From Pseudomonadota bacterium (lineage in GTDB: Bacteria > Pseudomonadota > Alphaproteobacteria > UBA2136 > JAPKEQ01), in the NCBI GenBank assembly GCA_036141575.1, contig JAYZXF010000017.1, positions 78,077-142,076 of the forward strand: a stretch of DNA of 64,000 nucleotides, in the 5' to 3' direction. Shown one piece after another: positions 7,917 through 17,055 of this stretch. A program made the position numbers and the translations under genes. The notes beneath the pieces were generated by a model. It was given only the letters and a program-made list of their open reading frames with translations, had not been told where the DNA came from and made no database searches. Every line of letters begins with the position of its first letter. Positions within the stretch are counted from its first letter, which is position 1.

Positions 7917-8381
7917 ATGGTATTCAGCTTTCTTGAGCCGTTGCTGCCTTATGTTGGTTTGGGGTTTCAAATCTTTGGAATGTGGATTGCTGCCTCGTGG
8001 CTTATGGAGCAGGCCTTCCTTAAAGTAAACGCTTTTTATGAGGCCCGGCAGCCTGAAAGGGACAAAGAGCGCTACCGGAAAAGCTTAGACCATTTTGCCT
8101 GCTATGATGAAGACATTGTTTCTGGAAATGGTGAACACTACAACCGGTTAACCATTGTGGAGCAGATTACAAAAACGCCTCGTAAGCAGAATTCGCGTTT
8201 TAAGCCTGTTGTAACAGAGGTGCGCTATACGTTTCTGACCCTGGATGAATCCGAATGGTTTTGGGAGGAGACGATGGAAAAAATGACGGCAGAGTCAAAA
8301 CCATACTCTAAAGAGCGTGTTGAACGCATGCTCGCGCGTTATAAAGCTGGCAAAATTAGACATGTTGATGCTGCAAAATAA
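7917..8381 (+). CDS. hypothetical protein with N-terminal TM helix (154 aa)
   Basis: ATG preceded by 'aggag'. Sigma70-like promoter at 7841-7868. Confidence 0.6.
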   Translation: MVFSFLEPLLPYVGLGFQIFGMWIAASWLMEQAFLKVNAFYEARQPERDKERYRKSLDHFACYDEDIVSGNGEHYNRLTIVEQITKTPRKQNSRFKPVVTEVRYTFLTLDESEWFWEETMEKMTAESKPYSKERVERMLARYKAGKIRHVDAAK

Positions 8382-8510
8382 ACAGTATATGGCCCCCCTT
8401 TACAGGGCGGTCTTTTTCTTTTGTGGTTGACAGGTCTGGGAAATCCAGTATATTCGCCCATTCTGAAATACTTATTGAGTACCTGTTTACCTTTTTATTT
8501 GTCACCTGCT

Positions 8511-8657
8511 ATGGAGGATAACTTGCTAACACCTGTTGCATTTTGCGTTGGACTGGCTTTTGGATATTTCGTGCTTCCGCTTTTGCTTGCCGCTCGGGCT
8601 TTGCCTGACTCAAGCCTAAGCCTGATGCCCGAAAAGGACGAAGAAGGCACGCCTTGA
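8511..8657 (+). CDS. possible small membrane protein (48 aa)
   Basis: First ATG inside ORF 8421-8657. One hydrophobic helix. No clear RBS. Terminator about 8685-8706. Confidence 0.25.
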   Translation: MEDNLLTPVAFCVGLAFGYFVLPLLLAARALPDSSLSLMPEKDEEGTP

Positions 8658-8769
8658 TGCCTGTATGTGATTGAATCGAAATGGAAGTCGCCCTGTTGGG
8701 CGGCTTTTTTATTTGTGTTACGCTCTATAAGAAATCAGGTTGGTTATAAATGACTAAGGGAATATCTTA

Positions 8770-9582
8770 ATGAGACACACAGTATGGATTGCGTCGTTGG
8801 CGCTTTTGTGTGCAGTAAATGCGCAAGCTTCAGAAGGAATTGCAAGGCAAATTCAGTCTCTTAAAACAGCAATGGATGGGTTTGCAGCAACTGCAAGAGC
8901 GCAAATTGCGTCCAATACAGCGAGTATTACTGAAAACGTAAGAATTATTGACTCTTTTGAGACCTGTGCTGAAAGCGGGATGATGTATGCCCCTGATGAT
9001 GTGACAGCGAATGCAGATGGCTGTAAGCGCGTCACCTCAACACAAGCGCTCAATGAAATTGATGTGTCAAGCCAGCTTGTGGCAACAGGCCGGTGGCTAC
9101 ACCCTTATAACTTTAGTGAGCATTCATCAAATGGGTCTCCATCAAAACGTGGCCGTTCTTATGCGCAGATTTATCGTATTAATGATCCTGATAATTATAA
9201 CAACTACCTGATTTCTGGTAATCTTTTTGGTGGTGGTAGTCGTTCTCATGATGAGGGTCAGTTCAGTTGTTGGAATGCTAATACTTATGTAAAGATTGGT
9301 AGTGGTTGGGTTTCTACAAACGGTGATTCTATTAAAATTGAACAGCTTGCCAATGTGTCTAAAACGCGTGTGGCAGGCCATGTTTATAATGGCACATTCC
9401 AAAACCAAATTGCGATTGTAAAGCGTACATCTCATAGCTGTTATAATAACGGAGGGGATTTAAATATGGGAATGAAGGTTAATTACATTACGTATCACAA
9501 TGGTATGAATGCACGTGCATCTTATCATGATAGTGACTCGCGAGCTTCAACACTGCGTGTGACAAACATTATTGGTTTTTAA
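8770..9582 (+). CDS. secreted coiled-coil protein, 'EGxxRQxxSLK' family (F1)
   Basis: Signal peptide ...AVNAQA, then 'SEGIARQIQSLKTAMDGF', a Cys loop 'CAESGMMYAP...DGC', and a C-terminal domain paralogous to 12170-13015. Confidence 0.75.
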   Translation: MRHTVWIASLALLCAVNAQASEGIARQIQSLKTAMDGFAATARAQIASNTASITENVRIIDSFETCAESGMMYAPDDVTANADGCKRVTSTQALNEIDVSSQLVATGRWLHPYNFSEHSSNGSPSKRGRSYAQIYRINDPDNYNNYLISGNLFGGGSRSHDEGQFSCWNANTYVKIGSGWVSTNGDSIKIEQLANVSKTRVAGHVYNGTFQNQIAIVKRTSHSCYNNGGDLNMGMKVNYITYHNGMNARASYHDSDSRASTLRVTNIIGF

Positions 9583-9633
9583 ATTAATGGAAGTTCCTAT
9601 AAATAAGCATGAAATGGGAGGTTTATAGATTTC

Positions 9634-10206
9634 ATGAGTAAAGTATTTAAAGGGAGTGCAGCTGTTGGCGCTTTAATGGCGGCGACAAGTGCTGCTGCAC
9701 ATGACCACGACTTTCCGAACTTGAATTACGATGCCAATGCACCTGTGCCTGATGGCATGAGCGAGGTGTGCTCTCCAAGTGATCTGGAATACTTGCAGTG
9801 GCAAGCCAATGATTTTGTGGTTGATAATCAAGTTCAGTTTCAGCCTAAAGATGATGCGGCACAGGGCTATATGCAAGCTTATGCCGAGCTCCATGAAGGG
9901 GACAATGCATTTGAGGCTTATAAAGGTTATAGTGATCGTGCTTTTGAGCACTATAAAGAGTTTGATAATGTTGCTAAGCAGGTTGAGCGCGGCATGGTCA
10001 GCTATGATGAAGTAGATCAACAGATTCTTGGTCGTATTAATGAGCTTGGTCACCTTGAGCAGTTTTATATTAATTCTATTCAGGCTGAGAAGATTGCAGC
10101 AAACTTTGAAATGCAGTACGGCGAGGGGTCTTTTGCCCGTTACGCTGGTATGCAGGTTGAAGTGGAGCTTGGAGAGCTCAACTGCGATATTGAAGCTGAG
10201 CGCTAA
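9634..10206 (+). CDS. secreted acidic hypothetical protein (190 aa)
   Basis: Signal-peptide-like N-terminus 'GSAAVGALMAATSAAA'. Terminator 10224-10245. Confidence 0.6.
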   Translation: MSKVFKGSAAVGALMAATSAAAHDHDFPNLNYDANAPVPDGMSEVCSPSDLEYLQWQANDFVVDNQVQFQPKDDAAQGYMQAYAELHEGDNAFEAYKGYSDRAFEHYKEFDNVAKQVERGMVSYDEVDQQILGRINELGHLEQFYINSIQAEKIAANFEMQYGEGSFARYAGMQVEVELGELNCDIEAER

Positions 10207-10223
10207 AGGATTTATCTAAAAAA

Positions 10224-10245
10224 AAGCCACCCCGAAGGGTGGCTT
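10224..10245. terminator. bidirectional terminator
   Basis: AAGCCACCC-cgaa-GGGTGGCTT with A-run and T-run flanks. Confidence 0.8.
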
Positions 10246-10275
10246 TCTTTATTTACGTCGATTTGCTTTGGCGTT

Positions 10276-10851
10276 TTAGTCGTTGTTGCCGAATGGGTTG
10301 ACGCCGCCATCTTCACCAGTCTCGAAAGTCTGGCTGGTTGCGGCGCTGACCACCGGAGCACAGACGCTGCCGGGCTCTTTTTGCTTCGGGTCGACCTTGG
10401 CCGGGAAGTTCATCAGGCCGTAGACCAGGTTGCCGGGGAATTTCTCCAGCGAGTTGGTGTAGGCGACGCACTTGTCAATCAGCAGTTTCTGCGCATTGGC
10501 GAAGGTGGTCCGGCCGATTTCGATCTGATCCTGAATGGTTTTGTACAGGGTCATGTCGACTTCGGGGTTGTCTTCGGTCAGGGCCAGCAGCAGGGCGCTG
10601 GCACCGCCATCACCGTAGCGGTTCTGGAGTGCACCAGAAATCACTTCTGCGACCGCGTCCTTGTAGGCATCGGCCACGCCAGCGGATTCGGTCACCGACT
10701 GAGCGAACGCGTTGTATTTGATTTTGTTTTCATCGTAGGTGCCCATGATGCCATTCTCATGGCTGATGCCGGTGTTGTACGTGGAAATGGCCACGCCACC
10801 TGCCAGAGCCAGAGGGACTGCGACGATTGCTGCGATAATAAGACCTTTCAT
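10276..10851 (-). CDS. membrane-anchored protein, distant LemA-like
   Basis: ATG at 10851 (MKGLIIAAIV...) with GGAG 7 nt upstream. N-terminal TM helix. The C-terminal 'RTTFANAQKLLIDKCVAYTNSLEKFPGNL' resembles the LemA tail pattern (weak). GC-rich. Confidence 0.55.
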   Translation of the reverse strand: MKGLIIAAIVAVPLALAGGVAISTYNTGISHENGIMGTYDENKIKYNAFAQSVTESAGVADAYKDAVAEVISGALQNRYGDGGASALLLALTEDNPEVDMTLYKTIQDQIEIGRTTFANAQKLLIDKCVAYTNSLEKFPGNLVYGLMNFPAKVDPKQKEPGSVCAPVVSAATSQTFETGEDGGVNPFGNND

Positions 10852-10942
10852 GATGATTCTCCATGATGTGAAAGGTTGAGAAGGAAGGGTGAAAGCTTGG
10901 CCGGAAAACCGCCCAAGCAAGTATTATATTTCCTGTGTGCTC

Positions 10943-11998
10943 CTAGAGGAAACGCACGTCGTTGCGATGGAAGTAACGGGTTAGACCGAGACTTGCGCCC
11001 ATCCCAACAAGGAAAAGCATGACCAGAGCCCATGTTGGTGGGTTGATCTGGGATTTGAGGTAGGCAAACTGTTTCATCTGTGGGCGTACAAAGTGTGCGT
11101 CCACCTCTTCGGAGATGGCGTGCACAATTGCATGCGGGTCAGAAATAGTGCCAATGTTTTGAAGTTCATCACGCAGATACACTGCCATTTCTTCGTTGCC
11201 GTATCCGCCAGCCCAAGTGAGCACATGGGCCCAATTGATAGTGTCGGTTGCGTCAACACTCAGAATAACCACCACATCATTCTTGTTGAGACCATCCCAT
11301 GCGGCTTCAACTTTGAAGACATATTCACGGGATTTCTCTGTGGTGATGATCAGGTTCACGTTGGCCTGTTTACTTGGGCCAAGGTGAATCAGTTCCTGAT
11401 TCAGCAGATCTTGCCAGTGGTCAGCATCTTTCAAGCTGAAGCCTGAAGTCAGCACCCGGTGTGCACGGTAGTAGTCGAACACGCGTGGGTACTCAGGCAC
11501 GTCGGCCAGATGCTCATAGTCCAGCATTTGCGTTTTGTAGAGGCTGCCGTTGGCGGCCTGTACGTAGTTATCATAGGTGTGCTCAGTTGCAGCAGGTTCA
11601 CCAATAACCACTTCCGTGAAACGGGGTGGCTCTTTGGTTCCCTGACGGTTGATACGCCGAATGTTGAAGTCGCCAACATTGGTGTAAACACGCCAGTCAT
11701 AGTCGTGAGAGTGCTCATAGCATGTTTGGCAGGTCTGTTTACCGTCTTTGTCGGTGACACAATTGCATTGGTAGCTGTGTTCGCAGGAAACGCGAACACG
11801 CTTTTTGTCTGCAATTGAGCCGTTCCAAATTTCGGTATCAGCCATCATGCCTTTTTCGGTCAGCTTGTAGCCGCCAAAAACCAGCGCTGTCACGAGAACG
11901 AGCTGCATGAGGATTTCTTGCCAGTTCAGGTCATACTTCAATGCTTTTGCAATGAGAGGTGTGAGAAGGGGCAAGAGAAGAAGCCATGCAAGATACAT
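10943..11998 (-). CDS. membrane protein with Cys-rich extracytoplasmic region (351 aa)
   Basis: AAGGAG RBS. N- and C-terminal TM helices. Cys cluster 'SCEHSYQCNCVTDKDGKQTCQTCYEH'. Confidence 0.65.
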   Translation of the reverse strand: MYLAWLLLLPLLTPLIAKALKYDLNWQEILMQLVLVTALVFGGYKLTEKGMMADTEIWNGSIADKKRVRVSCEHSYQCNCVTDKDGKQTCQTCYEHSHDYDWRVYTNVGDFNIRRINRQGTKEPPRFTEVVIGEPAATEHTYDNYVQAANGSLYKTQMLDYEHLADVPEYPRVFDYYRAHRVLTSGFSLKDADHWQDLLNQELIHLGPSKQANVNLIITTEKSREYVFKVEAAWDGLNKNDVVVILSVDATDTINWAHVLTWAGGYGNEEMAVYLRDELQNIGTISDPHAIVHAISEEVDAHFVRPQMKQFAYLKSQINPPTWALVMLFLVGMGASLGLTRYFHRNDVRFL

Positions 11999-12169
11999 GT
12001 GTTTTCTCCTTAAAATGTACGAAAGATTACAGTAGTGATGAAATTGTGATCATCCCTTTAATGAAATTCAAGGTTTTGGGTGTTTTTTTTAGGAGATATG
12101 AGCTTGTGTGTTAACCTATAAGAGAAAGCAGGGTTATAAAAAAGAGGGGTCCCTTACAAAGTGAGGCAT

Positions 12170-13015
12170 ATGCTTAAAGTATCAGCATTAACTGCTGTGT
12201 GTGTGATTGGAATCGTGAATTATGTGCAAGCGAGTGAAGGAATTGCTCGTCAAGTACAAGCCTTAAAGTCCTCTATGGATAGTTTTGCTGCGACTGCTCG
12301 TGCTCAGCTTGCTGCTCAGGCGGTAAGCATTACAGAGAATGTACGTATGATTGACGCTTTTAAAACCTGTGCAGATAAAAACATGCTGTATACGCCTGAA
12401 AATCAGGCGGCAGATGTGGATGGCTGTTCTGCGATGTCTGGCTCTGGGGAAGTAAATGAAATTGATATGGCAACAGAGGTTGTGCCAACAAACCAATATT
12501 TTAATGTGGAACATGGCAGGGAGCAAACTGGAGGCGGTGGAGTAACTCGTGGCTCTCCTGCACGTATCTATCAGATTAATGACTCTGGAAATTATCAAAC
12601 ATATCAAGTTGTCGGTAATATCCGAGGCTGGGGTTGGCAATGGGATGATGAAGATCATGCTTATGACCATTGTTATGCTTATCAGCCTTATGTGAAAATT
12701 GGCGGGAGATGGCATGTCTCTGACTCTGATACTGTGACAATCCGTACTGTTGCAAACCAAAATAAAACCATTCTAAATGGCCGTATGGTGAATGGAAGTT
12801 TTGATAAAAGAATAGCTGTTGCTAAAGGAACAGCTTTCAGATGTGGTCGTCGTGGGGATACAAATGCTTTATATCAGATTTTTAATGATATGCGTAAGAG
12901 CCATGTGACTTGGTCTGATGCTTTAGCTTCTGGTCAAAGGGCTTGTTCTCATCATGACCCTCTTAATTGCAGAAATAGTGCATCGCTTGGTATACACTAT
13001 ATTGTTGGCTATTAA
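12170..13015 (+). CDS. secreted coiled-coil protein, 'EGxxRQxxSLK' family (F2)
   Basis: ATG at 12170 with GAGG upstream (the ORF track starts at GTG 12161). Signal peptide, 'SEGIARQVQALKSSMDSF', Cys loop 'CADKNMLYTP...DGC'. Full-length paralog of 8770-9582. Confidence 0.75.
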   Translation: MLKVSALTAVCVIGIVNYVQASEGIARQVQALKSSMDSFAATARAQLAAQAVSITENVRMIDAFKTCADKNMLYTPENQAADVDGCSAMSGSGEVNEIDMATEVVPTNQYFNVEHGREQTGGGGVTRGSPARIYQINDSGNYQTYQVVGNIRGWGWQWDDEDHAYDHCYAYQPYVKIGGRWHVSDSDTVTIRTVANQNKTILNGRMVNGSFDKRIAVAKGTAFRCGRRGDTNALYQIFNDMRKSHVTWSDALASGQRACSHHDPLNCRNSASLGIHYIVGY

Positions 13016-13114
13016 GTTAAAAATTAAAAAAGAACTACCCAATTTTAAAAAACGCCTTTAGGTTAGAGATATCTTAAATCTTCTTTAATGTTTCCTAACT
13101 GACGAGGCGTTATC

Positions 13115-14146
13115 ATGCGCTATACAGTTCCTGCTGGGCGCAATGAAGCGCCCTATGCCCTATGGCATGAAAAAAGCATACAGGCGCGAAGCTGGTATTT
13201 AGCTTTAGGTATGATGTATCCCGTGATTATATGTATTGCCCTTGGGCTGCATGGCGGGGTAGGAACCTTTATGAGTGCCATTTTCTACGCAGTCTTGCTT
13301 TTTGGTGTTTCTCGCTTTCAAGCCTATAAAACGGTGCGCTCAGCACCTGAAGAATTTGCGCGTAAGGCTATTCCTGAAACCTCACCTCAATATCGTCAGG
13401 CTCTCCTTATGATTGAGGAGCTTTGCCAGCGTGCAGGTGTGGATTGGAGGCCTCAGCTTATTGTGTTTGAAAGTGAAGGCTTTGACGGTTTTGCAAGCCA
13501 TCCCCCTGGACGGGACCCCTATATTATCCTGAGTACAGGTGCTTTTCTTTATGGGAAGAGAAGTGTACGTGCTGTGATCGCTCATGAGCTGTCTCATATG
13601 CTGCACGGGGATATGACCCTTGTTGAGAGGGCAACCATCCTGCATATGGTGACAATGGCTATGCTTGCTCTTATTTTGTCTGTTCCAATGGCTATGGCTG
13701 GTGGAGAGTCTGCTGACAGTGTTTTCTTTCTTGTGTTTTTATTGGGGTTTACCTTCATCTATTTACGTGGATTGAAGATTGCGCTCAATACGCACTCACG
13801 CTACCGAGAGTATTTGGCTGATGGTGGTGCTGCCGCTTTAATTGGCTGGGAAAACCGTATGGATATGGCGGTTGCACTGCACTGGACTTTTGTTGCCTTT
13901 AAAGAGCTTCTGAAAAAGAAGGTGAGGCAAGGGCAGCTCTACAAAGATTTCCGTCACCCTCAAACTGGGGCACCCCCTAGAGAAGGATGGCTTGAAGACA
14001 TGCAACAAAAAGCGCTGGATGCGATTGATGAAATGGAGGAAACCTCTTCCATTATGAATACGCACCCAACCAATAAAGAGCGCTATGCTGCGCTCGATAT
14101 TACCGAAGACGAGCTGAAGCAAGCTCTTGAGGATCATGCGCTATAA
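13115..14146 (+). CDS. M48-family (HtpX-like) zinc metalloprotease, membrane
   Basis: HExxH motif 'AHELSHMLHGD' flanked by TM helices. Terminator 14156-14177. Confidence 0.7.
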   Translation: MRYTVPAGRNEAPYALWHEKSIQARSWYLALGMMYPVIICIALGLHGGVGTFMSAIFYAVLLFGVSRFQAYKTVRSAPEEFARKAIPETSPQYRQALLMIEELCQRAGVDWRPQLIVFESEGFDGFASHPPGRDPYIILSTGAFLYGKRSVRAVIAHELSHMLHGDMTLVERATILHMVTMAMLALILSVPMAMAGGESADSVFFLVFLLGFTFIYLRGLKIALNTHSRYREYLADGGAAALIGWENRMDMAVALHWTFVAFKELLKKKVRQGQLYKDFRHPQTGAPPREGWLEDMQQKALDAIDEMEETSSIMNTHPTNKERYAALDITEDELKQALEDHAL

Positions 14147-14155
14147 AAAATCGAG

Positions 14156-14177
14156 AAGCCCCCTGTGTTGGGGGCTT
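14156..14177 (+). terminator. rho-independent terminator
   Basis: AAGCCCCC-tgtgtt-GGGGGCTT followed by TTT. Confidence 0.8.
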
Positions 14178-14326
14178 TTTATTTGCGCGCTGCTGAAGTT
14201 TTTTTTAAATAGTTTTTTTCATTGAAAGGTATAGAGCGGCTCTGTAAAGTTGACGCATTCTATAGAAAATATGTCTTCCGTTTTCTTATCCTTGATCTGA
14301 GGTGTTTCTATTTTTGTGAGGTCATT

Positions 14327-14827
14327 ATGCTTAAGACCTGTCTGCGCGGCTTTTTGCTGCTCTCTTTTCTTGTTCTGTCTGCTTGTGCCGTCGCTATTCC
14401 TGAAGAAGACTGGTATATCACTCTTGCCAAACGCAATACACAAAACGGTGTTGTTACCATTACTGAAGATGATGGTGGGCTGGTTTATCCGCGTATTCAT
14501 TACATTGAAAATGTGATTGAGGCCCGTAACCAAAGTGTACGTATTATTGCACCTGAATGCATTTCGGCTTGTACGATGTATCTTGGGGTCAGCAATGTGT
14601 GCACTGCGCCTTATACTCGCTTTATGTTCCATGGCCCTTGGGATAGTTCAGTAGCTAACTATACTGAAACGCCTGCATTTCAGCATACGTCACGTGCCAT
14701 TGCACGTTACTATCCAGCGCCTATCCGTAGAGCCTTTATGAAAAGTTATCGTCATTTGGGACCCTATGAGTTTCATACAATTACGGGCGAAGAGCTTATT
14801 GCCGCAGGGCATATAAGAGCCTGCTAG
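14327..14827 (+). CDS. lipoprotein, unknown function
   Basis: ATG at 14327 with GAGG 6 nt upstream. Lipobox-like 'FLVLSAC'. Confidence 0.6.
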   Translation: MLKTCLRGFLLLSFLVLSACAVAIPEEDWYITLAKRNTQNGVVTITEDDGGLVYPRIHYIENVIEARNQSVRIIAPECISACTMYLGVSNVCTAPYTRFMFHGPWDSSVANYTETPAFQHTSRAIARYYPAPIRRAFMKSYRHLGPYEFHTITGEELIAAGHIRAC

Positions 14828-14843
14828 ATGAATCGAACACAAC

Positions 14844-14867
14844 AAAGCCTCCCAAATGGGAGGCTTT
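14844..14867. terminator. bidirectional terminator
   Basis: AAAGCCTCCC-aaat-GGGAGGCTTT. Confidence 0.8.
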
Positions 14868-14886
14868 GCTTTATCGATGAAAAGAG

Positions 14887-15465
14887 TTACATGCGGAAGC
14901 GGGTTGCTTCTTTCACTGTGCCGTAGACCCATTGGAACCACATGATGCCAGCCAGAGCCGGCAGAACCCAGTCCATTTCATTGGTGATAGCGTCAGCATG
15001 AACATGGCCAGATGCGGTGGTCAGCCAAAAGGCAAACAAGCCTGCCATCAGGTAGAGCTCATTGGGCTCCATGGCACGCACGGCGGTAATTGCACTGGTA
15101 AGCGCAATGGCGCCAATCCAGATCATAGCAAAGATACCAGCGTTTCCGAAGGTGTTCAGCATGTAGCCAGTACCAAAGTAACCTGCAACACTGATCGCGA
15201 TGGTCAGCAAAAAGCGCAGGCCCAGATTCTCCAGACGGGTAATCTTGGCAATCAGGCGGGCAGCACTGCCAACAACCCAGTCCCAGCCGATCAGAAAGAT
15301 GGTTGGAACCAGCTCGCCAGATGTTTTGTGGCTGGTGGTTGGGCGTTCTTCATCCAGTGTGGTATTGCCGACCAAACGGTCAAATAGGATGAACGCGCCG
15401 ATGATCAGGCCCACAAGAAGGAGCACAAAAAGGAAGGGGTTTGAGAAAATCACAACAGACCTCAT
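14887..15465 (-). CDS. polytopic membrane protein (192 aa)
   Basis: Five or six hydrophobic helices. TTGACA-17-TATACA promoter-like sequence upstream. Shares terminator 14844-14867. Confidence 0.6.
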   Translation of the reverse strand: MRSVVIFSNPFLFVLLLVGLIIGAFILFDRLVGNTTLDEERPTTSHKTSGELVPTIFLIGWDWVVGSAARLIAKITRLENLGLRFLLTIAISVAGYFGTGYMLNTFGNAGIFAMIWIGAIALTSAITAVRAMEPNELYLMAGLFAFWLTTASGHVHADAITNEMDWVLPALAGIMWFQWVYGTVKEATRFRM

Positions 15466-15569
15466 AGGTTAGGGAAGCGTTAATTCAGATGATAGATACT
15501 TTTTGTATACGTATTATGTATTTAAATGTCAAGGGGAGGTGAGAAAACAAATAAAATCAGAAAAATCTA

Positions 15570-15598
15570 TTGACTTTTTATCCTACTTCACCTAAATA
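15570..15598 (+). promoter_or_regulatory. sigma70-like promoter for rplM-rpsI
   Basis: TTGACT (15570-15575), 17-nt spacer, TAAATA (15593-15598). Confidence 0.45.
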
Positions 15599-15704
15599 CA
15601 CAGAACATGTGCGAAAACCCTAGCTTTTTAGGGGTATAAGAAATTATATAAGTGGCACAAAAAATATTTGTTAAAACGACCATTATAAAAGAGTAAAGAC
15701 CGTC

Positions 15705-16169
15705 ATGAAACTGACTGAAAGTTTGAAACCTGCAAACGCTGAAAACAACTGGTACGTTGTTGACGCGACTGATGTGCCTCTAGGCCGTCTATCAACTGTA
15801 ATCGCATCACACCTACGTGGTAAGCATAAGCCTAGCTTCACTTCACACGTTGACTGTGGCGACAACATTGTTGTTGTAAACGCTGAGAAAGTACGTCTTA
15901 CAGGCCGTAAGATGGGCACAATGGAATTCTTCTGGCACACAGGCTTCCCAGGTGGAATCAAATCTGTGATCGCAGGTAAAGAACTTGAAGGTAAGCACCC
16001 TGAGCGTGTTGTTCAGCGTGGTGTGAAGCGTATGCTTCCAAAAACTAAGCTTGGTCGTGCTCAGTTTGGTCGTCTATACGTGTACGCGGGTACTGAACAC
16101 CCACATACTGCACAAAAACCTGAAACTCTTGATGTAGCCGGCATGGTTGCTAAGAAAAACCACAAGTAA
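15705..16169 (+). CDS. rplM: 50S ribosomal protein L13
   Basis: 'WYVVDATDVPLGRLSTVIASHLRGKHKPSFTSHVDCGDNIVVVNAEKV' is the canonical L13 sequence. Confidence 0.97.
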   Translation: MKLTESLKPANAENNWYVVDATDVPLGRLSTVIASHLRGKHKPSFTSHVDCGDNIVVVNAEKVRLTGRKMGTMEFFWHTGFPGGIKSVIAGKELEGKHPERVVQRGVKRMLPKTKLGRAQFGRLYVYAGTEHPHTAQKPETLDVAGMVAKKNHK

Positions 16170-16184
16170 GCGGGGAATAAGTAA

Positions 16185-16610
16185 ATGAGCATTGCACAAA
16201 ACATTAAAGCCGCTAACAAAAAAGCTGGTAAGTTTTACTCAACGGGTAAGCGTAAAGACGCTGTCGCTCGTGTATGGCTAACTAAAGGTAAAGGTGAAGT
16301 GACAATTAACGGTCGCTCTATGGAAACTTACTTTGGTCGTCCAGTATCTCGTATGATTGTTAGCCAACCTTTCCAAACTGTGGAAATGGAAGGCAAATTT
16401 GATGTGAACGTAAACGTACACGGTGGTGGTCTATCTGGCCAAGCTGGTGCAATCCGTCACGGTATCACTAAAGCGCTTATCGAATACGATGAGAGCCTAC
16501 GTCCAGCACTTAAAGCACGTGGCTTTATCACTCGTGACTCTCGTGTTGTTGAGCGTAAGAAATACGGTCTTAAGAAGGCTCGTCGTAGCCCTCAGTTCTC
16601 GAAGCGTTAA
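16185..16610 (+). CDS. rpsI: 30S ribosomal protein S9
   Basis: '[12 protein letters not shown]', '[19 protein letters not shown]', and a C-terminal '[12 protein letters not shown]'. Confidence 0.97.
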   Translation: MSIAQNIKAANKKAGKFYSTGKRKDAVARVWLTKGKGEVTINGRSMETYFGRPVSRMIVSQPFQTVEMEGKFDVNVNVHGGGLSGQAGAIRHGITKALIEYDESLRPALKARGFITRDSRVVERKKYGLKKARRSPQFSKR

Positions 16611-16634
16611 TCTTTCGAGACCGACACATTCAAA

Positions 16635-16655
16635 AACCTCCGCACTGCGGGGGTT
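16635..16655 (+). terminator. terminator after rplM-rpsI
   Basis: CCTCCGC-act-GCGGGGG followed by TTTTTTG. Confidence 0.75.
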
Positions 16656-16745
16656 TTTTGTTGCTTAAATATTTTCATTTGTATACAGTGTGGAAGATTT
16701 CATCTTTATCTGACTTTTTTCTCGACTCTAACGGAGGATATATCC

Positions 16746-16994
16746 ATGTCGAATCTTTGGACCCTTGTTGAAAAACAAGAAGCCCGTGCCACAAACCCCA
16801 ACCGTACCCGCGCTGAAGAACTGATCAGCCATGGCCAAAAAACGGGGCGCCTGTCCAACTCGGACTACCGTGACCTGAAGAGCGCACTGCGTTCTGGCAA
16901 TCTGTGCTATGAAGATTTCGGTGTTCACAAAGGCAATGTGAATGACTGGAATGCACGCTGGATGGGCGAAAACGGCTGTGGTCCTCGCGACTAA
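16746..16994 (+). CDS. hypothetical small protein (82 aa)
   Basis: ATG preceded by 'acggagga'. GC-rich relative to flanks. Terminator 17017-17042. Confidence 0.5.
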   Translation: MSNLWTLVEKQEARATNPNRTRAEELISHGQKTGRLSNSDYRDLKSALRSGNLCYEDFGVHKGNVNDWNARWMGENGCGPRD

Positions 16995-17016
16995 GCTGTG
17001 CGTAATCGAAAAAAAG

Positions 17017-17042
17017 AACCCCGTAGCTTATGCTGCGGGGTT
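17017..17042. terminator. bidirectional terminator
   Basis: AACCCCGTAGC-ttat-GCTGCGGGGTT (one G-U pair). Confidence 0.75.
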
Positions 17043-17055
17043 TCTTCTTGTCGTT

